A stretch of DNA of 64,000 nucleotides from Octopus vulgaris (Eukaryota). Every line of letters starts with the position of its first letter. The stretch's first letter is position 1. Of this stretch, positions 63,965-64,000 are shown in pieces. A program made the position numbers and the translations under genes. The stretch lies in contig OX597819.1 in assembly GCA_951406725.2 (NCBI GenBank), positions 7,316,001-7,380,000 on the forward strand. Reading direction: 5' to 3'. The notes under the pieces are model-generated. The model was not told the DNA's origin. It ran no database searches and saw nothing but the letters and a program-made list of their open reading frames with translations.

Positions 63965-64000
63965 ATATAATATTTATTGGAGATGTGTTCACTCTTAAAT

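Noticed and set aside
53560-64000. Iron-responsive element in the ALAS 5' UTR, as in vertebrate ALAS2
   Set aside because: CAGUGN candidates on the - strand (about 54171 and 60607) lack the 5-bp upper stem and C bulge; the real first exon is not defined.

Overview
AT-rich, intron- and repeat-rich eukaryotic DNA; the SINE families suggest octopus or another coleoid cephalopod (inference). Two convergent genes are present. On the + strand are the last three coding exons of the E2 enzyme UBE2N/Ubc13 (6977-16170; its 5' exons were not found in the window). On the - strand is a complete 9-coding-exon 5-aminolevulinate synthase (ALAS, 53559->18782, 1770 nt, 589 aa) with three CP heme-regulatory motifs and apparently no metazoan C-terminal CxxC extension. 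Introns are packed with tRNA-derived SINEs, RTE/CR1 LINE 3' ends, a decayed mariner, piggyBac-type MITEs, non-autonomous Helitrons, two solo LTRs and Penelope-type minimal hammerheads. Almost all ORF-track entries are repeat artefacts. The most notable signal is a 3' fragment of a Hero-like (restriction-like endonuclease) retrotransposon, missed by the ORF track. Its 3' UTR (33325-33436) holds a complete hammerhead catalytic core in a non-circularly permuted order, with two extra helices at stem II. All structures were folded by eye and repeat boundaries are approximate unless a target-site duplication (TSD) is given.
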